Source: Malacoraja senta
Taxonomy: Eukaryota
NCBI GenBank assembly: GCA_038087875.1
Contig: CM075997.1
Location: 7,876,001 to 7,940,000, forward strand
DNA length: 64,000 bases
Reading direction: 5' to 3'
Shown here: one piece after another, positions 26,981 through 39,764 of the stretch
Layout of the letters: the number at the start of each line of letters is the position of its first letter
Numbering within the stretch: position 1 is the first letter of the stretch
The notes under the pieces: generated by a model
Database searches by the model: none
What the model was told of the DNA's origin: nothing
What the model saw: the letters and a program-made list of their open reading frames with translations, nothing else
Position numbers and translations under genes: made by a program

Positions 26981-27423
26981 ATAGAAACATAGAAAATAGG
27001 TGCAGGAGGAGGTCATTTGGCCCTTCGAGCCAGCACCGCCATTCATTGTGATCATGGCTGATCGTTCCCTATCAATAACCCGTGCCTGCCTTCTCCCCAT
27101 ATCCCTTGACTCCACTAGCCCCTAGAGCTCTATCTAACACGCTCTTAAATGCATCCAGTGACTTGGCCTCCACTGCCCTCTGTGGCAGGGAATTCCATAA
27201 ATTCACAACTCTCTGGGTGAAAACATTTTTCACCTCAGTCTTAAATGACCTCCCCTTTATTCTAAGACTGTGGCCCCTGGTTCTGGACTCGCCCCACATT
27301 GGGACCATTTTTCCTGCATCTAGCTTGTCCAGTCCTTTTATAATTTTATATGTTTCTATAAGATCCCCCCTCATCCTTCTAAACTCCAGTGAATACAAGC
27401 CTAACTCCAGTGAATACAAGCCT
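26981..27423 (-). mobile_element. CR1 family B 3' fragment with a tandem duplication at its 5' truncation point
   Basis: aactccagtgaatacaagcct occurs twice at ~27381-27423. Confidence 0.85.
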
Positions 27424-27424
27424 A

Positions 27425-30012
27425 CAAGACTTGATAAATCCCCAGGGCCTGATGGTCTGCATCCCACGGTAATTAAGGAAGTGGCTCTAGAAATCGTGGA
27501 TGCATTGGTGATCATTTTCCAATGTTCTATTGATTCCTGATCAGTTCCTGTGGATTGGAGGGTAGCTGACTTTTCCCACTTTTTAAGAAAGGCGGGAGAG
27601 AGAAAACAGGGAATTATAGACCAGTTAGCCTGACATCGGTGGTGGGGAAGATGCTGGAGTCAATCATAAAAGATAAAACAGCAACTCATTTGGATAGCAG
27701 TAACAGGATCCAGGAATTTGTAAGCAGTAAACGGGAATTTGTGGAATTCCCTGCCACAGAGGGCAGTGGAGGCCAAATTACTGGATGAATTTAAGAGAGA
27801 GTTAGATAGAGCTCCAGGGGCTAGTGGAATCAAGGGATATGGTGAGAAGGCAGGCACGGGTTATTGATTGGGGACAATCAGCCATGATCACAATGACTCA
27901 AAGGGCTGGCTCAAAGGGCCGAATGGCCTCCTCCTGCACCAATTTTCTATGTTTCTATGTTTCTAGGATCGGTCCGAGTCAGCATGGATTTACAAAGGTG
28001 AAATCATGCTTGACTAATCTTCTGGAATTTTGTGCGTGTAGTGTACCTGGACTTTCAGAAAGCATTTGATAAGGTCCCACATAGGAGGTTATTGGGCAAA
28101 ATTAGGGCACATGGTATTGGGGGTAGACTACTGGCATGAATAGAAAATTGGTTGGCAGACAGGAAACAAAGAGTAGGGATTAACCGGTCCCTTTCAGAAT
28201 GGCAGGTAGTGACTAATAGGGTACAGCAAGGCTCAGCTCTGGGACCGCAGCTATTTACAATATTTATTAATGATTTAGATGAAGGGATTTCAATCAACAT
28301 TAGCAAATTTGCAGATGTCACAAAGCTGGGTGGCAGTGTGATCTGTGAGGAGGATGCTATGAGAATGCAGGTAACTTGGACAGGTTGGGTGAGTGAGTAG
28401 ATCATGGCAGATGCAGTTTAAAGTGGATAAATGTGAGGTTATCCACTTTGGTAGCAAAAACAGGAAGGCAGATTATTATCTAAATGGTGTCAAGTTGGGA
28501 AAAGGGGAAGTACAATGGGATCTGGGGTTCCTTGTTCATCAGTCAATGAAAGTAAGCTTGCAGGTACATCAGGCAGTGAAGAAAGCAAATGGCATGTTGG
28601 CCTTCATAACAAGAGGATTTGATTATAGGAGCAAAGAGATCCTTCTGCAGTTGTACAGTGCCCAAGTGAGACCACACCTGGAGTAAGGCTCCATAGTGAG
28701 GCAGACTATTATCTAAATGGTGGCCGATTAGGAAATGGGGAGATGCAGCGAGACCTGGGTGTCATGGTACACCAGTCATTGAAAGTAGGCATGCAGGTGC
28801 AGCAGGCAGTGAAGAAAGCGAATGGTATGTTGGCCTTCATAGCAAGAGGATTTGAGTATAGGAGCAGGGAGGTTCTACTGCAGTTGTACAGGGTCTTGGT
28901 GAGACCACACCTGGAGTATTGCGTACAGTTTTGGTCTCCAAATCTGAGGAAGGACATTATAGCCATAGAGGGAGTGCAGAGAAGGTTCACCAGACTGATT
29001 CCTGGGATGTCAGGACTTTCATATGAAGAAAGACTGGATAGACTTGGCTTATACTCGCTAGAATTTAGGAGATTGAGAGGGGATCTTATAGAAACGTACA
29101 AAATTCTTATGGGGTTGGACAGGCTAGATGCAGGAAGATTGTTCCCGATGTTGGGGAAGTCCAGGACAAGGGGTCACAGCTTAAGGATAAGGGGGAAATC
29201 CTTTAAGACCGAGATGAGGAAAAACTTTTTCACACAGAGAGTGGTGAATCTCTGGAACTCTCTGCCACAGAGGGTAGTTGAGGCCAGTTCATTGGCTATA
29301 TTTAAGAGGGAGTTAGATGTGGCCCTTGTGGCTAAAGGGATCAGGGGGTATGGAGAGAAGGCAGGTACGGGATACTGAGTTGGATGATCAGCCATGATCA
29401 TATTGAATGGCGGTGCAGGCTCGAAGGGCCGAATGGCCTACTCCTGCACCTATTTTCTATGTATCTATGTAATGTGTGCAGTTTTGGTCCCCAAATTTAA
29501 GGACAGACATTCTTGATATTGAGGAAGTGCAGCGTAGGTTTACAAGTTTAATTCCCAAGATGGCGGGACTGTCATATGCTGAGAGAATGGAGCGGCTGGG
29601 CTTGTGTACTCTGGAATTTAGAAGGATGAGAGGATCTTATTGAAACTTATAAGATTATTAAGGATCTGGACACGCTAGAGACAGGAAACCTGTTCCTGAT
29701 GTTGGGGGAGTCCAGAACCAGGGGTCACAGTTTAAGAATAAAGGATAAGCCATTTAGAACAGAGATGAGGAAACACTTTTTCACAGAGAGTTGTGAGTCT
29801 GTGGAATTGTCTGCCTCAGAGGGCGGTGGAGGCCGGTTCTCTGGATACTTTCAAGAGAGAGCTAGATAGGGGTCTTAAAGATAGCGGAGTCAGGGGATAT
29901 GGGGAGAAGGCATGAACAGGGTACTGATTGTGGATGATCTGCCATGATCACATTGAATTGTGGTGCTGGCTCGAAGGGCCGAATGGCCTACTCCTGCACC
30001 TATTGTCTATTC
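27425..30012 (+). mobile_element. CR1 LINE with two nested CR1 insertions (~27711-27964 and ~28686-29470)
   Basis: Host RT peptide is interrupted and resumes after each insert; the first insert is flanked by aggatc direct repeats. Confidence 0.85.
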
Positions 30013-30561
30013 CTTTGTGTGCATAATGTACCCCTCAGATTCCTATTAAATCGTTTCCCCTTCACCTTGAATCTATGTCCTCTGGTCCACGATTCTCCTT
30101 TTCTGGGCAAGAGATTCTGTGCATCGACCCGATTTATTCCTCTCATGATTTTGTCCACCTCTATAAGATTACCCCTCATCCTCCTGCGCTCCAAGGAATA
30201 GAGACCCAGCCTACTCAACCTCACCCTATAGCTCACACCCTCTATTTCTGGCAACATCCTTGTAAATCTTCTCTGAACCATTTCAAGCTTGACAATATCT
30301 TTCCTATAACATGGTGTGCGGGAATCGCTGGTTGGCGCGGACTCGGTGGGCCGAAAGCCGTTTCTGTGCTGTCTCTCTAAACTAGTTCACTCCCCTACCA
30401 CTGGTGTGCAGTGTGTACCACCCACAGAATACACCAGTCACTCACCCAGACTACTCCGACAGTACCTCTCAAACCCACCATCTCTCTCTCCAAGAGAGAC
30501 AATGGTGGCAGATGCATGGGAATGGGGCCACTTCTGTAACACATGTTGCTTGTGATTTAGT

Positions 30562-30673
30562 CTGAAGAAGGGTCTCGACCCGAAACGTCATAGATGCTGC
30601 CTCACCCGCTGAGTTTCTCCAGCATTTTTGTCTACCTTTGATTTTTCCAGCATCTGCAGTTCTTTCTTAAACA
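30562..30673 (+). mobile_element. 112-bp Penelope-derived mini-element with intact minimal hammerhead core and perfect 16-bp TSD
   Basis: TSD ttgcttgtgatttagt (30546-30561 and 30674-30689); the insert begins CTGAAGA-a-GGGTC-tc-GACCC-GAAA-CG-TC. Confidence 0.8.
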
Positions 30674-30710
30674 TTGCTTGTGATTTAGTGTCGCTGAGCT
30701 TCCCACCTAC

Positions 30711-30929
30711 CAGTTGGTGTAGGCTGTCGTCAGGGTGATTTCTCCATTGGCATCCGCAGCCTGCGACTGCTGCAACAGCACGTCCTTGCAAATTTTGCTG
30801 ACATCGATGTTTATGTAATGGCCGACTGAATGCACAAACGCAATGAATGCCTTGACACTGGACAGCACTTCGGATGGCTTAGCAATCTCCTGCGTCGCTT
30901 GGTTATATCCAGTCATTCGCACAATAGCT
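30711..30929 (-). CDS. NCKAP1L: NCKAP1L-like coding exon (219 bp)
   Basis: gttcag|AGCTATT...AACTG|gtaggt; AIVRMTGYNQATQEIAKPSEVLSSVKAFIAFVHSVGHYINIDVSKICKDVLLQQSQAADANGEITLTTAYTN(W). Confidence 0.93.
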
Positions 30930-30989
30930 CTGAACAGTAAAATAAAATAAGTAAAAAGGAATCAACATACAACTGGTATGCAGAAAATG

Positions 30990-31385
30990 AGTTTAGTTTA
31001 GTTTAGAGATACAGCGCAGCAACAGACCTTTCGGCCCGAGTCCGTGCCGACCAGCGATCCCCGCATGCCAACACTATGCTACACACACTAGAGACAATTT
31101 ACAATTTTTACCAAGCCAATAAACTTACAAACCTGTACGTCTTTGGAGTGCTGTCTGTATGGAGTTTGTACGTTCTCCCTGTGACCGCATGGGATTTCTC
31201 CGAGATCTTCGGTTTCCTCCCACATTCTAAAAACCTACAGGTATGTGGGTTAATTGGCTTGGTGTATGTGCAAATTGTCCCTGGTGTGTGTAGGATAGTG
31301 TTAATGTGCGGGGATTGCTGGTCGGTGCAGACTCGATGGGCCGAAGGGCCTGTTTCCATGCTGTATCTCTTAACTAAACTGAAGT
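30990..31385. mobile_element. Two HE1-like SINE fragments fused in opposite orientation
   Basis: Minus-strand tail ~30990-31148 joined directly to a plus-strand body and tail ~31149-31385. Confidence 0.7.
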
Positions 31386-33414
31386 TGTTATCCCACTTTC
31401 TCATCCATTCCCTACATTCGACGAGGCCAATTATATTTTGAAGTCTCGTGATGAGACTATGTGAAGAACCCACCAGCTCTCATGCACATCAATACGTCGT
31501 CGCATGGAGCGAGATGCGGATGCATTCGGAAATGCTCCGTCAGAGTTTAACTGTGAAGGTAAGTTTTTTTTTTGCAGGACGGTGCTTCTTGTTTCAATTA
31601 GGGTTTGATTTAGAAAAATGCAGAGCAACCACGGCTAAAGCTCCAAATTGGAGCAGGTGGCCCACCCCGGTCTCGGTGTAGCTGCCAGGCGCGACCTGTA
31701 CAGCAACCTCCGCTAAAAGGGCCAAAAGGGAACAGCTTATCAAGCCGGGCTCGGAGACGTGAACAGGTGCGGCGATGTAAGGCCCCGCGAACGGGCCGAT
31801 TCAAGCTCCGCTCTATGATCTTTGCTCCACCAGGACGTGTCCCTCCTCGAATCACCATGCTCTATCCTCAGTCCCACACCCCTACTTCCACCTCTGACCC
31901 ACAACTCCCTCCTCCAATCATCACGCTGAATCATCATGTCCCGCCCACCCCCCACCGCGTGCCGACTGACGTCTCTCTCATCCAATCGGCGCCCTCGATC
32001 ATCTGTCCCACCCCCACTGTCTCAAGGAAAGCGTAGAAAGTTGGAACTGGCTGTTGAAAAGGACAATACTGGCAGGGGAGGCAATGCCTCAACATCTAAG
32101 GTTGATGTTATCAGTCACCTCACAAGAGTGGGGATAACTGAGTGAGAGGCTGGTGATGGGGAGGTGCATTGCACTGATACAGGAAGTTCAATTCAGATAT
32201 CTGAGAATATCTCCCGCTCAGAGGCTGGGAGTTTGAGAATTCCCTCAACAAATGGATAATACCTTTCAGCTCACAAGTATAAAAGAGCTTCCAGCACTCG
32301 GGAACAAAATTTGCCATTCCATCAGGGATAGGGGAACCAGTAGAGGCAGAACTGGCAAGTAACATTGTACCTGATTTCACACCAGCTGAATGAGGAGAAT
32401 GCTGGAAAGTATGTTAATCCTGATAACTGCCAGACTCGTGATGTACCGAAGGTTAGCATCACCATCTGGGACATTCTGATTGGCTAAACAAAATCTTAAG
32501 ATTTAAAACTCCAGCGAGTTCGGAGAGGTCTAACAAGAGGGATTTTGGTGTTTGTGAGGTTGGTGGATGGAACACAGCATTCTGAAGTGCAGCAAGATGC
32601 CTTAGCACTGCTGTGTAAGGATATCATCCCAACCAAGTTAGTGGCTGAAACCGCTATACTGAGGTTGGTTGGAGCACCAAGCCTACACCACTAAGACAGA
32701 GCCCGAAGTCTTTTTTAGGCGCAGGTTCACAGCGCTCACAAACTCAGTCTCAACCCCAGCAGCCCACAATGTCAGAGCCAGAAAGAATGGACAGAACAAA
32801 AATTAATGGCAGCAGTATCAATCAACCACCTGATCCCATGGCGGTAGGTATTATTCCTTCAGCTGCATGAAATGTCCGGGGTTATTCAAGTCGGAGGTAT
32901 ATTGAGCCTGTTCAAAAGTGGGTTTGAATTTTTGGCTATAAATGGCTATAAATTTGACGTTCTGTCTGACCAGTTTCCTCCACGGCAGGAAAAGCCCAAA
33001 TTCCCGTGCAAACGGTCTAAAGAGGAATATATAGCTATCCGAGTAGAGGTGGTGAAATTACAAAATAGGATATGATTGAGGAGATTGTCCATGAACAAGA
33101 TTAATATATTTCCAATATCTTCACAAGGTCTAAGGAAGATGGAGCATACCAAATCATTCTTGATTTGGCCAGTCTGAACATGGACTTGGAATATAACCAT
33201 TTTAGAATGGATTTTCATTCAGCAAAACAGCTGATTATTGAGAATTGCTTTATAGCCTCAATCAATCTCAAATATGCATTCTTTCCAATACATGAGAGTC
33301 ACGGGAAATAGTTGACACGCTCATCATAGGAAAGATGAGATATGACAACCTAGACAGTCCTAGAAGATCTAAGATTTGTTATTCATCCAGGAAAGCCCAG
33401 ACTTGAGCCGACAA

Positions 33415-33790
33415 ATCAATCAATCCTTTATTGTCATTCAAAAATACACCAACAAATGCAAGTCTGAATGAAATTTTGTTGCAGCTGGCTCACCGTGCAA
33501 CATAAAATAACAAAAGGATAAAATAGATTAAAAGATAAAATAGATCAAAATATAAAATAGATAATAGTGGCGGCACATTATATGGAATTCAAGAGTCTGA
33601 TGGCTCGGGGGAAGAAGCTGTTGCAAAACCTGACCGTTCTGCTCCTTATACTGTGATGCCTTTTGCCCGAGGGCAGCAGAGTGAAGAGTCCATGATGGAC
33701 ATGTGTGGGGTCTTCTATAATGCTGTTGGCCTTGGACAAGCAACGTTTGCACACAATGCTCACGGATTGAAGGAAGAGAAATCCCGATGA
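33415..33790 (-). mobile_element. Rex1/Babar 3' fragment nested in the DIRS
   Basis: RCLSKANSIIEDPTHVHHGLFTLLPSGKR...FCNSFFPRAIRLLNS. Confidence 0.75.
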
Positions 33791-33989
33791 TTTTTTCAAA
33801 AACTATCGCATATCTAAGCTTTTTCATAAACGCTTCAGATAGGTCTGTCACCCTACCAACAGATCAGAAACATAATTTTGGAGATGCATGGATAGGTTTA
33901 CTTAAGAATGAGAAGTCTACAATACGACAAGTTGCGAGGGTGATAGGCAAGCTGGTAGCTGCCTTCCCAGCTATGGGGCCATGCATTAT

Positions 33990-35670
33990 AGAAGATTCAA
34001 AATTCACAAGAGTTTATTGTCATGTGTCCCAGATAGGACAAAGAAATTCTTGCTTTGCTTCAGCACAACAGAACATAGTAGGCATGAATATAGAACAGAT
34101 CAGTGTGTCCATATACCATTATATAAATATATACACACATGAATAAATAAACAGATAAGGTGCAAATAAACAGATAATGGGCTATTAATGTTCAGAGTTT
34201 TGTATGAGTTGAGTTTAATGGCCTGATGGCTGTGGGGAAGTAGCTATTCCTGAACCTGGACGTTGCAGGCTCTGTACCTTCTACCTGAAGGTAGCGGGGA
34301 GATGAGTATGTGCCTTTTTGAGGCAGCGACTGCGATAGATCCCCTCGATGGCAGGGATGTCGGAGCCAATGATGGACTGGGCAGTGTTTACTACTTTTTG
34401 TAGTCTTTTCCGCTCCTGGGCACTCAAGTTGCCGAACCAAACCACGATGCAACCGGTCAGCATGCTCTCTAATGTGCACCTGTAGAGGTTAGAGAGAGTC
34501 CTCCTTGACATACCGACACTCCGTAATCTTTTCAGGAAGTAGAGGCGCTGGTGTGCTTTCTTTATAATTGCATCAGTGTTCTCGGACCAGGAGATCTTCA
34601 GAGATGTGCACGCCCAGGAATTTGAAGCTCTTGACCCCTTTCCACCATCGACCCGTAGATATAAACGGGACTGTGGGTCCCCATCCAACCCCTTCCAAAG
34701 TCCACAATCAGTTCCTTGGTTTTGCTGGTGTTGAGGGCCAGGTTATTGTGCTGGCACCATATGGTCAGTTGGTCGATCTCTCTTCTATACTCTGACTCGT
34801 CCGTATCAGTGATACGTCCCACAACAGTGGTGTCGTCAGCGAACTTGATGATGGTGTTCGTAGTCATGAGTATAGAGTGAGTAAAGCAGGGGGCTGAGCA
34901 CGCAACCTTGAGGTGCACCCGTGCTGACTGTTATTGAGGCTGACACCTTTCCACCAATTCGAACAGTCTGTGGTCTGTGAATGAGGAAGTCAAGGATCCA
35001 ATTGCAGAGGGATGCGCAGAGACCCAGTTCTGCGAGTTTGGTAACCAGCTTGGAGGGGATGATTGTATTAAATGCCGAGCTGTAATCAATGAATAACAGC
35101 CTGACATATGAGTTTTTGTTATCCAAGTGGTCCAGAGCGGAGTGGAAAGCCAGCGGGATCGCATCTGTTGTGGCGGTAGGCGAACGGCAGTGGGTCCAGG
35201 TTTTTGTCGAGGTAGGAGTTCATTTGCGCCATGATCAACCTCTCAAAGCACCGACGTTAGTGCCACTGGTCGATAGTCATTGAGGCACGTCACCTTGCTC
35301 TTCTTGGGCACCGGTATAATTGATGCCTTTTAAAGCAGGTGTGAACCTCAGACCTCAGAAGTGAGAGGTTGAAAATGTCCATAAAAACTCCAGCCACTTG
35401 GTCCGCACAGGTTTTTAGAACATGACCATCACGTCCAGGTGCTTTTCGAGGGTTCACCCCTTTGAAGGATTTTCTGACGTCGGCCTCTGTGACTGTGACT
35501 GAAATACCATCACAGCGAATGGGGGCTCGAGAAGGCACATCAGTGTTCTCCCTATCAAAAGGTGCGTAAAACACGTTGAGCTCGTCAGGGAGTGATGTTA
35601 CGTCGCCATTCGAGCTACCTCTTGATTTCGCCTTGTAGGAGGTGATTGCATTCAGGCCAGCCACAACTGG
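33990..35670 (-). mobile_element. Rex1/Babar LINE (RT region to 3' tail) nested in the DIRS
   Basis: [51 protein letters not shown] and KKAHQRLYFLKRL. Confidence 0.88.
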
Positions 35671-35961
35671 ATCGTGAGAAGTTTCTTGCCCTAAAATTGA
35701 ATATGGGACATTTTGATAGATGTATGAGGCTGATGACAGAGTCGATATCCGAATTGAGCACACAAGAGGATACAGGGTTCATTGTACGTAAGCCCGCAAT
35801 AACACTGCAAAGTGGGGGCTGTAGTGTAATTTGCACCTATACTAGCTCTGGTGGTAGGTGGAATGAGGATGAGTTGAGACATAGCCATAAAATATGGCAT
35901 CAACTATCTGGAAATGCTAGCAGCATTCCAGGCATTGAGAACGTATTGTGGGAATGACCAT

Positions 35962-36824
35962 GATTCAATTCAATTCAATTTTATTTGTCTTTTGGACAAA
36001 TTTGTCATTTGGACCACTTGAGGTCCACACGAAATGTCGTTTCTGCAGCCATACAATACAAAACGAAGAAGACCCGAGACACAACACAATTTACACATAC
36101 ATCCATCACAACGCTGTGATGGAAGGCAAAAAAAAACTTATCTCTCCACTGCACTCCCCCCCCCCCCCCGATGTCAGAGTCAAAGTCAAAGCCCCCGGTG
36201 GGCGATGGTGATTATCCCGCGGCCATTAAAGCCACGCCGGGTGATGCAAGGTCGCGCACCGGGTCTTGGTGTTAGAGCCCCGGCGCACGCCCGCAAAGTT
36301 CGGCGGCCATTCCAAGCCGTGCGGGGGGATAAAGCCCCGCTCCAGGTGCTCTTCAACCCCGCAACTCGAGCGGGAGAAGTCGCCGCTGCGGAAGCCCCGA
36401 AAAGCGGTCTCCCACCAGGGGACCCGCGGGCTTCCAGTGTTGCCGTCCGCCAGACCCGCGGTTGTAGCCTCCGAATCTCCGGCGGTCGGGTCGCAGCAGC
36501 GCTCCACCACAGCTCCTCCCGCTCCGGACTCGGCCAGCCCCGTGACGGTGAGTAGTCCGCAGCTCCACAACTGGAGCCCCAGGTCGCTCCTGCTGGAGGC
36601 CGCTCCACGTTGCCCAGCCCCAACGACAATGGAGACCCGACAAAGAAAAGGTCGGGTCTCCCGTGCAGGGGAAAGATTTCAAAGTTTCCCCCCCCCACCC
36701 CCACCCCCCCCCCCCCCACACACACATACCCCGACAAAAAAATAATAAAAACTACACAAAAACAATAAAAAAAAGACAGACGGACTGCAGAGGCCGCTGC
36801 TGACGAGAGTCGCGCCGCCCACCG
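35962..36824 (-). mobile_element. GC-rich non-coding retroelement with Rex/Babar-type tail, nested in the DIRS RNase H region
   Basis: The DIRS frame TYCGNDH|DMQIRLHWDNT is split by it; (attga)n tail; tccatcaca-gcgt-tgtgatgga hairpin shared with 13555-14290. Confidence 0.6.
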
Positions 36825-37963
36825 ATATGCAAATTAGGCTACATTGGGACAATACAAGAGCAGCAGCAAATGTTAACCATATGGGAGCTGTAAGTCTCAA
36901 ACATGTGATGCACTAGCAAAGTCCATTCGGGCGTGGTATATAAGAGGAAAATATGGGTGCAGCTGTACATCTGTCATGTAGGTACAAAATTGAAGCAGTC
37001 ACCAGGTCAAAAAATTCCTCATTCTGCCTTATCGGAAGATGCTTCCAAAAGGTAATTCAAGACGAGGCAACATTAATTATAGTTGTGCCAATTTGGCCTA
37101 CTCAACCATGGTTTCCATTGTAAAATGGTTTGCTGAAAGAAGCTCCAAAATTTGCTCACAGAAGCGAACAGCAGTTAGTTCAACCTATCACTCGTGCACC
37201 ACATCCACTGCATGATCGTATTGATTTATTCATTTGCAGGATTTAAAGAGACCCTTCGAGTTATTACGACTATCCAGCAGAACAGTTGACATGATCACTG
37301 AAGCTTGGCGAGATAGCACAAGAAAGCAGTATGCTGTGGCGGCTCCCAAGGGTCGTGCCATTATACCTGTCGAACCCCTCGGCACGGGAGTGGTTCAGTC
37401 CGGAGGCGGCCCTTAGCCAGAGGGTTTAAAGGCAGGGGTTTGGGTGCCATCTTTCTCTCGTTTGGTCTTCCCTACAGCCGGGAGGACGTAATAAAAGGTG
37501 CTTCTCAAAATACTGGACTTCGTGCATACTTTCACGAGACAAGCACCATAAAAACAGGGGGAAAGTTTTGTGAAGAGACATATGTGAGCTACTTTAAAGC
37601 AGAAGGAGCAGAGGTGTGGGGGTTTCAGTTTGGTTTTATGAGAAGTGATTTAGTTATAGCGCAATTAAATCTGCTCGCAGTGCCTTATCATCGTATCTAT
37701 TGCTTGGAGTGGGACAACAAAAGAATGGCTCTCACCCACTGGTGACACTGTTTATGGAAGTAGTCTTTAATATGAACCCTCTAAAGCCTAGATACAAAGT
37801 AGTGTGAAATGTGTAATCAGTATTATATTTTTAAGCAAATTGGCACCATCTGCATCCCTGACATTGGAGCAGCTACTCATAAGTTAGTCATGCTTATGAC
37901 ACTTATTTCAGCACGAAGAGCTCAATCTTTACACAATCTCCGTCTGAATAACTCGGTCATTAT

Positions 37964-38329
37964 GTGAATGAACTCATAAAGCAGAGCAGGCATGGTTGGG
38001 TAAAAGTTGGAGCTGGCAGCATACCCACCAGATCGGAGATTATGGGTGTTAATTATGTGAAAAAGTATAGTAAGGTTACTAAGAACTTACGAGATGAAGG
38101 AAAAGCTTTCTTCATAGTAATAAAAAATTCTCACAAGAGAGTGTTGGTCCAGACTATTTCAAGATGGATCGAGTGTACGCTGTTGAAAGCGGGGGTGAAT
38201 ACAGATAATTTCAAGTCACACTCTGCCAGGGCTGCTGGCAGTTCAGCAGCCAATAGAATGGATGTTCCTCTTGATCACATTCATGCAACAGCTGGAGGCT
38301 CAGATGAACGCACTTTCGGAAGTTTATAA
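37964..38329 (+). pseudogene. DIRS tyrosine recombinase C-terminal remnant
   Basis: TISRWIECTLLKAGVNTDNFKSHSARAAGSSAA...AGGSDERTF; the YNKP motif follows after a frameshift. Confidence 0.8.
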
Positions 38330-39764
38330 TAAACCGCTTAACAGGTCTGGACGATTGCAGATAGAATTCTGGACAGTGTTACTTGAGCTGTTGTCTAACT
38401 CCAAGGCTTATGGGACTGTGGTCCAGTTAAGGGTGATGTACATGTATGTAAAGTTAGCATCATGTGTTAATGGCCTATGCCTTTTCTACCATTTATGGTT
38501 TATCTATGTAGTGTGTTCACATACAGTTTGGTTGACTGCATGAAACTACAGAGCTTCAAAGGCTTCACGTAGTCTCGTCACAAGACTATGAAATGAAATA
38601 GAAAGATTAAACAAGAACTTACCGTTTGAAGTCTGATCTTTATTTTATGAGAAGTTGGAGTGAGAGACTACGTGCCCTCCACTCCAAACCCAGAATCTCA
38701 TAAAATTAATTCGGAAAGTCAAGGGTTATTAATCTTTCTATAGCTTGAATCTGGTTCAAGTGGACTGTGGTTCCATACAGTGGCTCTGAAGATGCGCATG
38801 CGGGCTGGCAGGTTCTTCACAGAGATCAAACTTCAAAGGGTAAGGTCTCATTTAATCTTTCTATTAACCAACAAACCTGCATGTCTTTGGGGTGTGGGAG
38901 GAGGCAGAGGTCAGTATCAAACCCCGTTCTCTAGCATTGTGAGGCAGCAGCTCTAGCAGCTGAGCCAGTGTGCCACATAATGTTTAGTGAAAAGCTTTGT
39001 TTTGCATGCTATCCAAACAGATCAGATAATACTATACATAAATGCAATCATGTTAAACTCAAGTACAATAGGTAGAGCGAGGGGAAGATACAGAATGCAG
39101 AGTATATTTCTCAGAATATAGTTGTGTTTGTTTCGCAGTGCAATTTGTTGGCTTATAATGAACATTTCTATCAGCCGAACCAACTGATCATATTTATAAA
39201 ATGTCTTCATAATTTTCCAGGTTTCAGTAAGAACATTGCCAGCTCACCATCAAATTGAAGTTTCTCCTTGCTGCACCTTTTCAAGTACTTGACATCCTAC
39301 CTGGTATGGTGTTCAGAATCAGGCAATGTTCCAGCTAAGTGCATGTGGGACTAGTTTAGATGGGGCATTTTTATCAGCGCAACTAGCACAACTGGAGAGC
39401 AGTCCTAAACTACTGTCTACTTCATTGGTGACCCTTGGACTGTCGTTGATCAGACTTTACTGGCTTTATCTTGCACTAAATATTATTCCCTTTTCATGTA
39501 TCTGTACACTGTAAATGGCTTGATTGTAATAATGTATTGCCTTTTCGCTGACTGGTAAGCATGCAAAAAAAGCTTTTTACAGTACCTCGGTTCACGTGAC
39601 AATAAACTAAATTGAAGCATGGGTGGGTTGGGCTGAATAAACTGTTTCCGTGCTGTATGACTCTATGACCAGACTTTTACAGCTTTCTTTGACTTTCTAA
39701 ATAATAACAAGCAAATTATCCTGGGGATTTTTTTTACTCCTTTTTCTCTTTTCTGTCTTTCACC

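Larger units (their letters stand above)
31430..38865 (+). mobile_element. DIRS1-like tyrosine-recombinase retrotransposon, degenerate but with both termini, containing nested insertions
   Basis: Inverted terminal repeats (gtgaagaacccaccagctctcatgcacatc ~31461-31490 vs gatgcgcatgcgggctggcaggttcttcac ~38790-38820); internal complementary region ~38563-38640; gag-like (QQDALALLC), RT (ASINLKYAF; IRQVARVIGKLVAAFPA), RNase H (HWDNT), methyltransferase-like (IIVVPIWPTQPWFP) and YR (FKSHSARAA) remnants. Confidence 0.88.

Noticed and set aside
36034..36900. Several overlapping 110-180 aa ORFs in GC-rich DNA
   Set aside because: Low-complexity Arg/Pro/Gly products in many frames with no recognisable domain; a composition artefact of the GC-rich retroelement
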